The notes under the pieces: model-generated
What the model was told of the DNA's origin: nothing
The model's input: only the letters and a program-made list of their open reading frames with translations
Database searches by the model: none
Part shown: positions 41,421-52,870 of the stretch, piece by piece
Numbering within the stretch: the stretch's first letter is position 1
Layout: every line of letters starts with the position of its first letter
Position numbers and translations under genes: made by a program
NCBI GenBank assembly: GCA_009914755.4
Contig: CP086569.2
Location: 13,120,001-13,184,000 of the forward strand
Origin: the human T2T-CHM13v2.0 reference genome, Homo sapiens
Direction: 5' to 3'
Length of the DNA: 64,000 bases

Positions 41421-41542
41421 CCTGATCAGATCGGGTATCTTCCCGTCAAGAACACGGACCAGCTTGGGCTGCAGATGGAGGTGGCAGAGATGTGCTGAGT
41501 CAGTCGCACGCCTTCCCTGGCAAGGCAGTGGATGTGAGGCGT
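41421..41542 (-). pseudogene. Arylsulfatase-family exon (second coding exon; ARSD/E/F/H-type, ARSF-like) with inactivating substitutions
   Basis: Minus-strand translation, phase continuous with exon 45467..45318: (R)[39 protein letters not shown]. The acceptor is ...TTCCCTCTCCCCCTTCAG|G and the donor is CAG|GTATGC. In place of the sulfatase signature C-S/T-P-S-R the sequence reads CSPSW, and a TGA sits where paralogs have YPIRSGM. Confidence 0.7.
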
Positions 41543-42576
41543 CCTGAAGGGGGAGAGGGAAGGTGTATTGAAGAGAAGGAAAAGGTGGGAGGCGGGGGAA
41601 GCAGAGAGGAAGAGTGAGAGAAAGGCAGAGAAGGACAAACAGAAAGGCACAGGTGGAAAGAGAGAGGAGAGACAGACAGGGAGAGAGGGAGAGACCCAGA
41701 AAGCGAGGCAGAGAGAGAGAGACAGACAGAAAGAAAAGATGAAAGAGAGAGAGAGAGATGAGAATGAGAGCAACAGAAAAGGATAGAAAGAGACAAACAG
41801 AAAGAAAGAGATAAAAAGAGAAAGAGACAAAGGGTAGGACACACAAAGAGAGAGAGAGATGGAAAGAGAGAGACAAACAGAAAAAAGGAGAGAGAAAGAG
41901 AGACAGAAAGAGGGAGACAGAGAATGACAGAGAGGGACAAACATACAGAGAAGATGAGAGAGAGAGAGAGAGATGGAAAGAGACATACGGAGTTTAAGAG
42001 AGAGACAGAAAGAAATGAAAAGAAAGACTTAAACAGAAGGAGGGAGTCAGAGAAAGAGAAACAGAAAATGAGGTGGGTAAAGAGAGACAGACAGACAGAG
42101 GGAGAAGAAAGAGAGAAAAACATAGAGAGATGAAAAGAGAGAAAGAGACAGAGAGAGATACAGAAAGAGAGATGGAGAGAGAGAAGTAGAAAGAGAGAGA
42201 TAAACAGAGAGATGGAAAGAGACAGACAGAGGGTGAGAGAAGGAAAGACAGAAAGAGATAGAAAGAAATGGATAGAATGAGATAGACAAAAAGAGAGACA
42301 AAGACAGAGACCGACAGTCACAGAGAGATATAGAAAGAGAGACAAGCAGACAAAGGGGGAGACAGAGACAGACATAGAAACAAATGGAGAGACAGAAAGA
42401 GATGGAAACAGATGGACAGAGAGAGGGAGAGAGAGAGACAGAAAGAGATAGAAAGAAATAGAAAGAGATAGATAGAGAGAGACAATCAGAGACAGATAGA
42501 CAAGCAGACAGAGAGGGGTGACAGAGACAGGCATAGAAGGAGATGGAGAGACAGAAAGAAGAGAAAGAGAGAGACA

Positions 42577-42608
<32 letters not shown>

Positions 42609-42609
42609 T
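41543..42609. repeat. GA-rich (purine on + / CT on -) low-complexity tract ~1.07 kb, (GAGA/AGAGACAGA)n-like, ending in perfect (GA)13
   Basis: The + strand is almost only A and G from 41543 to 42609. The source of the 180-344-aa L/S-rich ORFs in the track. Confidence 0.95.
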
Positions 42610-42959
42610 CTGAAGATAAACAACATCCCTGTTTATTATGATTTCCAGGTGCCCAGAGCAGGTAACTGCACATGGAGTTCATTTTTCTTTCTTGCCCGTG
42701 TCAAGGTGAAGTATGACTGAAATTCCAGGCAGCTGTTGTTCTGCGGGGCTCGTATACATGGGTGCCGCTATATGGTGTCCATTCACTGTACTTCAGCCTT
42801 ACAAAATAAAATGCTTAAGGAATTGGGGTCTGATTTATCGAGGCTAATTGCTTACAGACCTTACTTATGCCTAACTACTTACAGACCACCCACCCACCAA
42901 TTTGATAGATACATTTCCCTGCAGTCTGCATAGGTTGCAAAACTGTCATATGATTAAAT

Positions 42960-43460
42960 ATTCAAAAGAAGGAAATCCCATCATTTTCAACAACACAGAT
43001 GAACTGAAAGGGTATTAAATGAAATAAGCCAAGCACAGAGAGACAAATACCGCATGATCTCACTTATGTGTGGAATCTAAAACAGCAAACTCAGAAGTAG
43101 AATAGTGGGTATCAGGGGCTGGGGCAAGGGTTGAGAATAGGTATGTTAAAGGATATAACATCTCATGGAGCCAAACATGAATAAATCCTCTATTTGATTT
43201 ATTCCTCACATAGAGGAATAAATTTAAGAGATCTGTTGCAGATTGTGGTGACTATAGCTAATAACAATGTATTCTATTCTTGAAATTGCCATAATTTTAA
43301 CCATTCTCACCACATATAAATAATAAGTATGTGTGGTTGTGCATGTTAATTAGCTTGATTTAGCTATTCCACAATGGATCCATGAATCAAAACATCATAA
43401 TGTACACCATAAATACACAGAACTATAATTTGTCAATTAAAAAATAATTTAACAAGAGAA
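42960..43460 (+). mobile_element. L1 (L1P/L1MA-like) 3' end fragment, sense
   Basis: ...AATACCGCATGATCTCACTTATGTGTGGAATCTAAAACAGCAAACTCAGAAGTAGAATAGTGGGTATCAGGGGCTGGGG...GTTGCAGATTGTGGTGACTATAGCTAATAACAATGTATTCTA... is a typical L1 3' UTR. Confidence 0.85.
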
Positions 43461-44194
43461 TTCTGGAGGCTGGAGAGACTTCTGGAAAAAGAATCAGTCA
43501 CCTCTTGGATGAAAATAAAATATAATGATTTCTACATTTGTTCATGAGAGAAATTATGACAGGTAACTGGTGCAAGAAGAATTTCCAGCTTTACCAAGGC
43601 ATGTATCTGATTTTTTTTTTGAGATATGGAAGTCACCTACCAACTTTTAAAACATTATTTATTTTGCAAAGAAAAAAGATTATAAACTGCATTCCAGGGG
43701 CACGTGTGCCTGATTTTAGATTTCACATTATAATCTCACTTCTCAAATTGCTAGTATTTTCAGCAAAACACTGATACCTCACACTGACATAATCTCCATA
43801 AATATCTGCCATTTATGGACACCATGTTTCTGTGCGTTTGGGTGAGTCCTCCCTTCTTTTCTCATAAGCAATGGTTAATTTTTGGCGACTACTTTTTCAT
43901 GACTCCTAGCTCTGTTGTTGAAAACTGTGATGACTACCTTCAGCATCTATTAGTCACACATGCAGTGATCTTAAAAGTGTATGATGTATGTCTTATAATG
44001 ATGTACTCCTAAGCTCAGTATAAGCATAGCTAATACAGGTGGCTTCTATAATCCACTACAAAGCTCTGAGTTTCTGCTGCATATCTGTTTTTCTTCTTTC
44101 AGAATGCCCATTGTTAAAAATACAAGCTCATCACCTTAAAGAATCTGTTGACTCGCCAAATTAGGAAACAGAATGAATTCTGCTGAATGTACAT

Positions 44195-44760
44195 ATTCAC
44201 ATTTATATATTTATGAATATATATGCTTGAATATATAAATATATACTTATTAATTTATACATATTTATGAATATATTTATATGAACATATTTATATATTA
44301 TAAATATGAATATATAAATATGTTTATAATATATAATTTTATGTTATGAATATATATTCATTTTATATAAATATTTATATAAAATAAATAAATATGTTTA
44401 CATATATTTATTTATACTTTTCTAAAGTATATAGATGTTTATATATTTATTTAAATATATTTATATATAAATGTATATAAATTTTATTTATACATTTATA
44501 TAAAAATGAATATATATTCATAGACATATAAATATGTATATATTCATGTATATATGAATAACATTTATATATTTGTAATATATACTCATATATGTTTATA
44601 TATTGAATATATGTTCATATATTCATAATATATGATATATAATACAATAAATGTATGATATATATTTTATATATTATAGAATATATTCATAAATGAAATA
44701 TATCACATATTTATATAATATTTATATGTTTATATCTGTATATGCACATGTATATACAAT
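44195..44760. repeat. AT-rich degenerate tandem repeat (units like ATATTTATATATGAATATAT)
   Basis: About 570 bp of TATA/TTTATA/GAATATAT variants. Confidence 0.9.
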
Positions 44761-45317
44761 CATCATGCTTCATAATAGACTGCATAATAGAGGATAGTTG
44801 TGTGTTAGGTACTATTCTAAGTTCTTTACACATATAAACTCAGGGATATAAAGCCTTCTCTGCATTCGACAAATAAGAAAACTAAGGCACAGACAGCTTC
44901 GGCGACTTCTCCAAGACTTCAGAGGTAGTAAATACAGAGCTAGGACTTGGGTCCGGACAGCCACGCTTTTACTTTGACCATCCTCGTTAATGGTAGAGAC
45001 ACTGGATGCACTGATTACCCTGATCTGATCACTATACATTGTGCGTATCCAAACCTCACTGTGTATCCCGTGAAGATGGACGATTATTATTTCTTAAAAA
45101 CTGAATGAGATTCAAATTAAAATTATTAAAAATGTAATTGTAAAACTATTTTTACAATTTAAATCTAAATAATTTAAAGCTATCAAAAAGCTTAAAGTAA
45201 CTTAAAAAATCCCAATGAATCCATTTGGTTTTGCACATAGATGCAGTTGTACAAGTTTGTCAGCCTGTCAAACCTGAACAACTGATGAACATATGACTCG
45301 CCATGAAACCGCCTTAC

Positions 45318-45467
45318 CTGATGGTGTCATTGCCATAGCAGCCCAGATCTCCAATACCCAGGTTATCAACCATGATCAGGATAATATTAGGCTTGTTGTC
45401 ATGCACCCTGTGTGCCTGGCAAGTGTTCAAGAGTGCACACACCAAAGACATGAAGACCAAGGGGCTC
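45318..45467 (-). pseudogene. Arylsulfatase-family exon carrying the in-frame ATG (at 45451..45449) and signal peptide: [44 protein letters not shown](R)
   Basis: Acceptor CCGTTTGCTTTCCAG|GAGCCCC, donor [40 protein letters not shown] is the conserved sulfatase N-terminal metal-binding block (paralogs: ...MADDLGIGD.GCYGN.T.RTP). The second Asp of DD is Asn here. Confidence 0.7.
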
Positions 45468-45679
45468 CTGGAAAGCAAACGGATTTTATTGGCCAGGCTT
45501 CTCTGGGTGGATTCAGGATCCACCTCCCAGTACAACACAACAGGGGTCTTTGAAGATCACGTGGATCTCCCAGACATCTCCTCAAGCTCAAGAGTGTCTC
45601 TCTCCAAGCACCGAGCTCTGCTGCTGAATGGTAGCAGAAGTTCCCAATGTAATGTGCTCTTGGCTTCTCACGTTGCATA

Positions 45680-45880
45680 AAATAAAGGCTAAAACAACAG
45701 ATGTTAATGTGGATGCAGTGAAAACGGAATCCTTTTATACTGTTAGTGGGAATGTACCACCGCTGTGGAAAACAGTATGGAGATTCCTTAAAGAACTAAA
45801 AATAGACCTACAATTTGATCCAGCAATCCCACTCCTGGGTATCTACTTAGAGGAAAAGAAGGCATTATATATAAAAGACA
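45680..45880 (+). mobile_element. Old L1 ORF2 C-terminal fragment, sense; continues at 46190-46296 and 46565-46920 after Alu and microsatellite interruptions
   Basis: Translates ...[41 protein letters not shown]; then ...[33 protein letters not shown]; then ...MEYxSAIKRNKMMSFAATWMELETIILSEVTQEWKTKHHMFSLTSGS... Confidence 0.8.
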
Positions 45881-45884
45881 CTGG

Positions 45885-46265
<381 letters not shown>

Positions 46266-46293
46266 TCAATCAATGAATGGATAAAGAAAATGT

Positions 46294-46296
<3 letters not shown>

Positions 46297-46341
<45 letters not shown>

Positions 46342-46380
46342 CATACATAGATAGATACATACATAGATAGATAGATAGAG
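46297..46380. repeat. (GATA)n / (TAGA)n microsatellite with interspersed TACA units
   Basis: atagatagatagatagatag... Confidence 0.95.
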
Positions 46381-46564
46381 ATTCTATGCAAAGTGAGAAG
46401 CCAAGAGAGCATTCCATTGGGCATTTCTGCTCCCATTCAGCAGCAGTGCTTGGTGCTTGAAGTGAGACACTCTTGATATCTATGGATCTATAGATATCAA
46501 TATATATCATATTTTCTTTATCTATATAGATCTATATCTATCTATCTATATCACATTTTCATAT

Positions 46565-46920
46565 ACATACAGACACGCACACCATGGAATACTAATCAGC
46601 CATAAAAAGGAACAAAATGATGTCATTTGCAGCAACCTGGATGGAGCTGGAGACAATTATTCTAAGTGAAGTAACTCAGGAATGGAAAACCAAACATCAT
46701 ATGTTCTCACTCACAAGTGGGAGCTCAGCTATGAGGATGCAAAGGCATAAGAATGACACAATGAACTTTGAGGACTCAGAAAAAAGGGTGGGAGGGGAGT
46801 GAGGGATAAAAGACCATATATTGGGTACAGTATACACTGCTCAGGGGAAAGGTTCATCAAAATCTCAGGAATCACCACTAAAGAATTTATCCATGTAATT
46901 AAACATCTCCTGTTCCCTAA
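46565..46920 (+). mobile_element. L1 3' end (ORF2 terminus + 3' UTR), continuation of the interrupted element
   Basis: See 45680-45880. Confidence 0.8.
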
Positions 46921-46925
46921 AATTA

Positions 46926-47229
46926 TTGAATTTTTTTTTTGAGAAGGAATGTCGCTCTGTCACCCAGACTGGAGTGCAGTGCATGATCTCAGCTGACTGC
47001 AAGCTCCATCTCTCAGGTTCATGCCATTCTGCCACCTCAGCATCCCAAGTAGCTGGGACCACATGTGCCCACAACCATGCCTGGATAATTTATTTATTTA
47101 TTTATTTTTTAGTAGAGACAGGGTTTCACCATGTTAGCCAGGATGGTCTTGATCTTCTGATCTCATGATCCACCCACCTCAGCCTCACAAAGTGCTGGGA
47201 TTGCAAGCGTGAGCCACTTGCACCCAGCC
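46926..47229 (-). mobile_element. Alu, antisense
   Basis: T-run + GAGAAGGAATGTCGCTCTGTCACCCAGACTGGAGTGCAGTGCATGATCTCAGCTGACTGCAAGC ... GTGAGCCACTTGCACCCAGCC. Confidence 0.9.
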
Positions 47230-47454
47230 TGCAATATTTTTTAAAACCTAAAGTAGATGCTCTTCCAGGAGGGAAATCTGAAAACATGTACTCAGAGGCA
47301 AATGGTTGCAGAGGATGGAGACTATAAGACTCCTGAAGTTAATTCCTTCTTCCAAGGACTTACCCTTATTTAAGGAACTTAACTGAATCTCTAAGTTTAA
47401 GGGATTTAACCTTAACTTACTAAAATCAGAATTTTTATTCTAATTTAAAGGTGT

Positions 47455-48180
47455 GTCAGTGCATATGTTCCTTACAGCACTATTCACAGTGGCCAAACTG
47501 TGAAATCAACCTCAGTGTCCATCACTGGATGAATGGATAAAGAAAATATGGTACATATACATCATGGAATACTACCCAGCCTTAAAAAAGAATGGAATTC
47601 TGTCATTTACGACACAATGGATAAACCTGGAGGTTATTATGCTAAGGAAAATAAGCCTGGCACAGAAACACCAATACCACATGATCTCACTTCTATGTGG
47701 AATCTCAAAAAGTTGATCTCATAGAAGGAAAGGGTAGAATGATGCCTGTTAGGAGCTCAGAGAGCAGTGGGGGGCTTGGAGAGATGCTGGTCGAAGGATA
47801 CAAAATTTCAATTTGACAGAAGAAGTAAGTTCAAAGAATCTATTGTACTTGTGCTGACTGTAGTTAATAAGAATGTGTTTTAGAGTTGAAAATTACTGAT
47901 AAAATCTACTCAAAGTGTTCTCATCACAAATAGGTAAGTGGATGAGGTAATGTGCATTAGCATAATTGAGCCATTCCAAAAGGCAGGCGTATTTCAAAAC
48001 ATCAAGTTGTACACCAAAAATCTATGCAATGTTTATATGTCAGGGTTTTTTTACCCAAAGGACAATAAAAAAGAAAAAGAAATTTAAAAAGGAAAAAAAT
48101 TAAAAAGAAAACTGAATTTTAAAATAAGAAAAAATAAATAAAAATAAAATATTAATAATATAAAAAGAATAAATACATGC
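47455..48180 (+). mobile_element. L1 (L1PB/L1MA-like) 3' end with long A-rich tail
   Basis: ...ACTATTCACAGTGGCCAAACTGTGAAATCAACCTCAGTGTCCATCACTGGATGAATGGATAAAGAAAATATGGTACATATACATCATGGAATACTAC... then AAAAAGAAAAAGAAATTTAAAAAGGAAAAAAATTAAAAAG... Confidence 0.85.
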
Positions 48181-48216
48181 AATTTATCATTACCCGAAAT
48201 TTTTAAAACATCAGAT

Positions 48217-48904
48217 TGTGTATGGAATTGGTTCCTTCCCGTGGGTTCTTTGTCTCACTGACTTCAAGAATGAAGCTGCAGACCCTCATGGTGAGTGTTA
48301 CAGTTCTTAAAGATGGTGTGTCTGGAGTTTGTTCCTTCAGATGTTCAGAAGTGTCTGTAGTTTCTTCCTTCTGGTGGGCTCCTTCCTGGTCCTGCTGACT
48401 TCAGAAGTGAAGCCACAGTCCTTTGCAGTGAGTGTTATAGCTCTTAAAGGTGGCATGTCCAGAGTTGTTTGTTCCTCCCAGTGGGTTCATGGTCCCACTG
48501 ACTTCAGGAATGAAGCTGCAGACCCTCACAGTGTTTCAGCTCACAAAGATAGTGCAGACCCAAAGAGTGAGCAGCAGCAAGATTTACTGTGAAGAGCGAA
48601 ACAACAAAGCTTCCACAGTGTGGACAGGGACCCAAGCGGGTTGCCACTGCTGGCTCGGGTGGCCAGCTTTTATTCCCTTATTTGCCCCACACACATCCTG
48701 CTGATTGGTTCATTTTACAGAGTGCTGATTGGTCCATTTTAGAGAGTTCTGATTGATGAATTTACAATCCTTTAGGAAGACACAGAGTGCTGATTGGTGC
48801 ATTTTTACAGAGTGCTGATTGGTGCAATGACAATCCTCTAGCTATACAGAAAAGTTTTCCACATCCCCACTCAACCCACAAAGTCCAGCTGGCTTCACCT
48901 CTCA
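48217..48904 (-). repeat. ERV9 3' LTR (LTR12 family)
   Basis: See provirus entry. PPT-like AGAGGGGAGATTGAGAGGTGAAG (minus-strand reading) lies just upstream. Confidence 0.85.
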
Positions 48905-48955
48905 ATCTCCCCTCTAAACAGGACACCCCAACTTAGGAATTGGGTGATGACCATT

Positions 48956-49640
48956 CTAGCTACTTCCTGCTGAATAGGGCAAAGATGGGGCCCTGTATTT
49001 ATAGTGTCCTCCAGAGAGGAACTCGTTAGGTCAGCAAAAGGGCCAGTGGGTTGGTCCAGGGGTTCTCAGTAGAAGTTGTTAGTTGAGCTCATTTGGGGTT
49101 CCATTTGTAAAAACAACTGTACCTTGATGGCCTCGATTCTAGAGGAAACAAATTTGACAAGGAGGTTAAAAATACAAGGCCTGAAGGTGAGTAATAGCAA
49201 GATGGCTGTCACAGGACCTAGAAAGGGGAGAAGCCATGTCGCCCAACTCCAGAGGTTGGTATAAGAGTTTGAAAGGTGTCTGATTTCAAAAGCCTTTTCC
49301 TGTAAACGCTGGGCAGCATCTAGTCTATCCCTGACTGATTAGTGTAAAAACAACACTCTTTCCCTAAGAAGGTGCAAAGTCCCCCTTTCTCAGCAGTGAG
49401 GAAGTCTAGGTCTTGGTGGTTTTGCAGAGTCTCTGCTGCTAAAGAGTCTATTTTGGATTGTAAAGTAAGGATAGATTTATTTATTTCTTGCAAACTGTCT
49501 GATAAATCCTTTGAGAGTGCATGGTAGTAGGATAATGAAGTAGATAAACTAGCTATTCTAGTTCCTGTAGCAGTAGCCATTCCTAACCCTGTAAGTAGGG
49601 ATATTAGTTGTATGGCTCTGTGTTGACAGACTTGAGCTTT
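48956..49640 (-). pseudogene. ERV9 env remnant (TM ectodomain with CX6CC and cytoplasmic tail, syncytin-like C-terminus); SU largely deleted
   Basis: ORF 49320..49580 (-), and the manually translated tail ending SAGSS-TAG at 48956-48958. Confidence 0.75.
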
Positions 49641-50284
49641 GAGGGACAGTGATAAGTTCTGATTTCCATAAGATTAGAAGTTAGGATAATACATGTTATA
49701 CTGTTAACTTTTAGCAAACTTACTTTTGTTGAAAATCTTGTAAGTTTGGGATTTCAATTATTCTTTGCTATTAATAAGACCTTGTTCAGTCCATATTAAC
49801 TTAGAATTGGTATAGATGGCTCCTTCCTGATTCTGTAAGTACTTTAAGGTTTGGCTGAGTGCAAACAGCTCACACCCTTGAGCAGACCAATTATTAAGCA
49901 ATTTTCCTAACTCTTACTCTGCAAGAATTTCCTTATCACTTACTGAATACCATTGTGTCTTTTTCCCTTAATCACCTGGGAGGAACCATCTATCATTCTA
50001 TTGTCCTGTCTTCAAGGGAGTTCCTCCTAGGTCTGGTCGGACCTTTGTATGGTAATTAGTTAAGATTTAGATTCCATTAGGAAACTTTCTGGGTTAAGGA
50101 TTTTTGATAGGAAGGCTATGGGTTGTCAGTGGCCTCAGTGCTTTTGGGCTACATCCTTGTTTACACTGAAAACAAGGTGGCATTGGAGTGTTATAGGGTT
50201 ATGGAAAAGACCTTCAATTGTCAATTACAGGTTTTTAATTTACCCTGGCTTTTAGAGGAATAGAGTATACTGTTTTTTCTTTAC

Positions 50285-50500
50285 TACTTCCATTTCTGTT
50301 TCTTTCTCTTTTGACTTCTTTTTTGTCTCTCTTTCTGACTCTTTGTCTCTTTCTGACTCTTTGTCTTTCTGACTCTGTCTCTTCCTTTCTCTTTTTGATT
50401 TTCTGTCTCTCTGTTTCTTCCTCTGTCTGTCTCCTTCTCTTTGTCTCTCTGTTTCTTCCTCTCTCTCTCTCTGACTTTCTGTCTCTTTCTCTCTCCTTTC
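50285..50500. repeat. CT-rich low-complexity block inside the ERV9 pol remnant
   Basis: ctttctgtttctttctcttttgacttcttttttgtctctctttctgactctttgtctc... gives the K/R/E-rich minus-strand ORFs 50235..50706. Confidence 0.85.
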
Positions 50501-50712
50501 TGCTGGTCTTTGCCTGCCTCTGCCAACTGCTTATGCTGCTGTTCTCCCCACTCCTTCCCCTTTTGATGGCTTTGGCAGTATGAAACTGCCACCTCTTTGG
50601 GTTTTTGCACTGCATGCAATAACTCCATGATTGCCTTGTGATACTTAATGGGTCTTCCCCCAGAGGTTAGGAACAACTTTTCTTTTCCATATTGCAGCAT
50701 GGGCATGTAGGA

Positions 50713-50955
50713 TTAGATAAGCATACTTACTATCTGTAGCAAAGTCTCCCAGTTACAGCTGAGGAGGTGGGAGAAATACCTGGTTACAGGCTGTCCCAGG
50801 ATTCCTTGGATGGTAACGTACTTTGAGGACAGCTTTCTGGGACAAGAAGCTAACATTAAGAAAGCCAAGCCAGTGTCCAGGAGGAAGTCAATTTCCTGGC
50901 CCTCCAGGTTTATATGTACCTGGGGCTCAGTGAGGGTGATGACATGAGCTGGCAC
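50713..50955 (-). pseudogene. ERV9 protease remnant
   Basis: ...NLEGQEIDFLLDTGLAFLML... (retroviral aspartic protease active site DTG(A/L)). Confidence 0.75.
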
Positions 50956-51053
50956 TTGCCCCAGGCCTCAGTCCTGTTGTTGGATCATCTGTTTGGGGGC
51001 TTCTGGCCCAGAGAACCTTTGTCCATGGGGCAGTGCACCTTCTAGTGATTGCC

Positions 51054-52472
51054 TCAGCATAGTGGACATGGGCAAAGGGGCAGCTTGTTTCTTGTTGGAC
51101 AATCTTTTTTAAGGTGTCCTTTCAAACCACACAGGTAACAAGCCCTACTGGGTGATTGGCTCCATTTTCTGTCCTCTCTGAACCACCAAGGTTTGTTTGT
51201 CTGAGGGCCATGACCAAGCCTGCAGCCTTTCTCTGATCTCATTTTTCCTTTTTGGCCTGTTCCTCTTGGTCCCTATTATAGAACACTGAAGTTTCCAGGT
51301 TTAATAATGCCTCTAGATTTTGTTCAGGGACAAAGGCTCACTATTGGAGCTTTCTCCTCATATCTGCAGCTGATTGGGTAATAAACTTATCTTTTAGAAT
51401 CAGTTGACTCTCGAGTGAGTTGGGTGACAGAGGTGTATATTTTCTTAAGGCCTTCCATAGCTGCTCAAGGAAGGCAGAAGGATTTTCTTCATTTCCCTGA
51501 GTTATGGTGGACATCATTGAATAATTCATGGGCTTTTTCCTAATTCTCCTTAGTGCTTGTAGAACACAGGTCAACAGATGTTTGTGATTCCAGTCCTTAT
51601 GATCTGAGTTGAGGTCCCAGTGGGTATCCATACTGGTGACAGTTTGCTGACCAGTAGGGAATTTGTCACTTTTCCTCAGTTGTCATTCTATCATTTACTT
51701 GACTAAGATACTAGGTATCTCCAAACTCTCAGGCTGCAGCTAAAGCCACATTCTTCGTATTAATGGCCACGGTTTGATCTAACAATACCATGACATCTCT
51801 CCAAGTGAGAATGAAGTTTTGTAGGACATCTATATACCAATCAGGATCATCTGAAAGCTTCCCCAGGTCTGCCTTGATCTGCTTTAAATCAGAGAGGGAG
51901 AAGGGGACATGTATCTAGGTTAGGCCAAATTCCCCTCCCTTCAGCTTGAAGTGGACATATCCAATAGCCTGGGGTTTTTTGTGGTTTTGTGGTCCTTTGG
52001 AGATTTGTTTGCTTGTTTTCTTCTGGGCAGGGGAGATTAGAGGAGGCTTATCATCAATAGGAAGGGGTGCTATAGGGAGGCTAGTAGATGAGGATAAGCT
52101 GAGAGGTCCTCCTGTGGGAAGTAAATTGCAAGCTTTGCATAGTTGTGGATTCTCTTTCAATGAAAAGAAAGCTGAGACATAAGATATTTCACTCCATTTG
52201 CCTTCCCTCTTAAAGAAAAGGTCAAGCTGCAGGATAGTATTGTAATTTATACTTCCCTCAGGGGGCCATTTTTCCCCATCAAGGAGAGAATATTGGGGCC
52301 AGGCTGTACTGCAGAAAAAATTGAGCTGCCTCTTTTTCAGGGTTTGCTGGTCAAATTGGTCCCAATGGCTTAGGATGCATTTCAAGGGTGAGCCTGTTGG
52401 TGCCTGAGTGTTTTCCATCTGAAAGACAAAACCATCTGTGGTTTTGGTTTGTTTGTTTCTCCCCCTACCCAA
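51054..52472 (-). pseudogene. ERV9 gag remnant (MA-CA-NC)
   Basis: MA ...CILSHWDQFDQQTLKKRQLNFFCSTAWPQYSLLDGEKWPPEGS...; CA ...QGNEENPSAFLEQLWKALRKYTPL...FITQSAADMRRKLQ; NC CX2CX4HX4C. Confidence 0.75.
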
Positions 52473-52489
52473 GAACCTGGAATGATCCC

Positions 52490-52870
52490 TCGACCCTGCT
52501 GATCAGAATAGTTGCACTCACTGACACAGCAGCAGAAACACCTCTTGTCCAAAAACCCACAATGGTCCCTGGACCCTGCTGATCAGAATAGTTGTGCTCA
52601 CTGACACAACAGCAGAAACACCTCTTGCCCAAAAACCCATAATGGTCCCTGGACCCTGCTGATTGGAATAGTTGTGCTCACCAATACAGCAGCAGAAACA
52701 CTACTTTTCCTCCTAGACCACAAGATGGACCAAGGAAGGTCAGATTTAGTGGCTCTTAATGATGCATTCTCAAAAACCTGCACCCTTGTCTGTCCTCTTA
52801 GACCACAAAGAGGACCAAGAAAAGTTGGATTTAGTAGCCATTACCAATACATTCTCGAAAACCTGTTAGG
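52490..52870. repeat. Tandem repeats in the ERV9 5' leader (3 x ~66 bp, then 2 x ~80 bp)
   Basis: CAAAAACCCA.AATGGTCCCTGGACCCTGCTGAT.GGAATAGTTGTGCTCAC.GACACA.CAGCAGAAACACCTCTTG.C three times; CCTCTTAGACCACAA(G/A)A(T/G)GGACCAAG(G/A)AA(G/A)GT.(A/G)GATTTAGT(G/A)GC... twice. Confidence 0.85.

Noticed and set aside
41334-42682. Long minus-strand ORFs (180, 186, 344, 211 aa) rich in LSLSLS, and K/R/E-rich plus-strand ORFs
   Set aside because: Pure consequence of translating the GA/CT low-complexity tract; not coding.
45300-45700. Possible CpG-island promoter at the sulfatase ATG exon
   Set aside because: CpG count is low and GC content is moderate. The exon has an acceptor site, implying an upstream non-coding or short first exon outside what I can identify.
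49320-49580. 86-aa ORF with immunosuppressive-domain/CX6CC motif (ERV9 env TM)
   Set aside because: Isolated fragment. The SU domain is deleted and the upstream frame is closed.
50235-50706. ORFs 126-140 aa with KRERERK low-complexity
   Set aside because: Translation of a CT-rich simple repeat embedded in the ERV9 pol remnant, contiguous with a short RNase H-tail remnant (…SHQKGK…).
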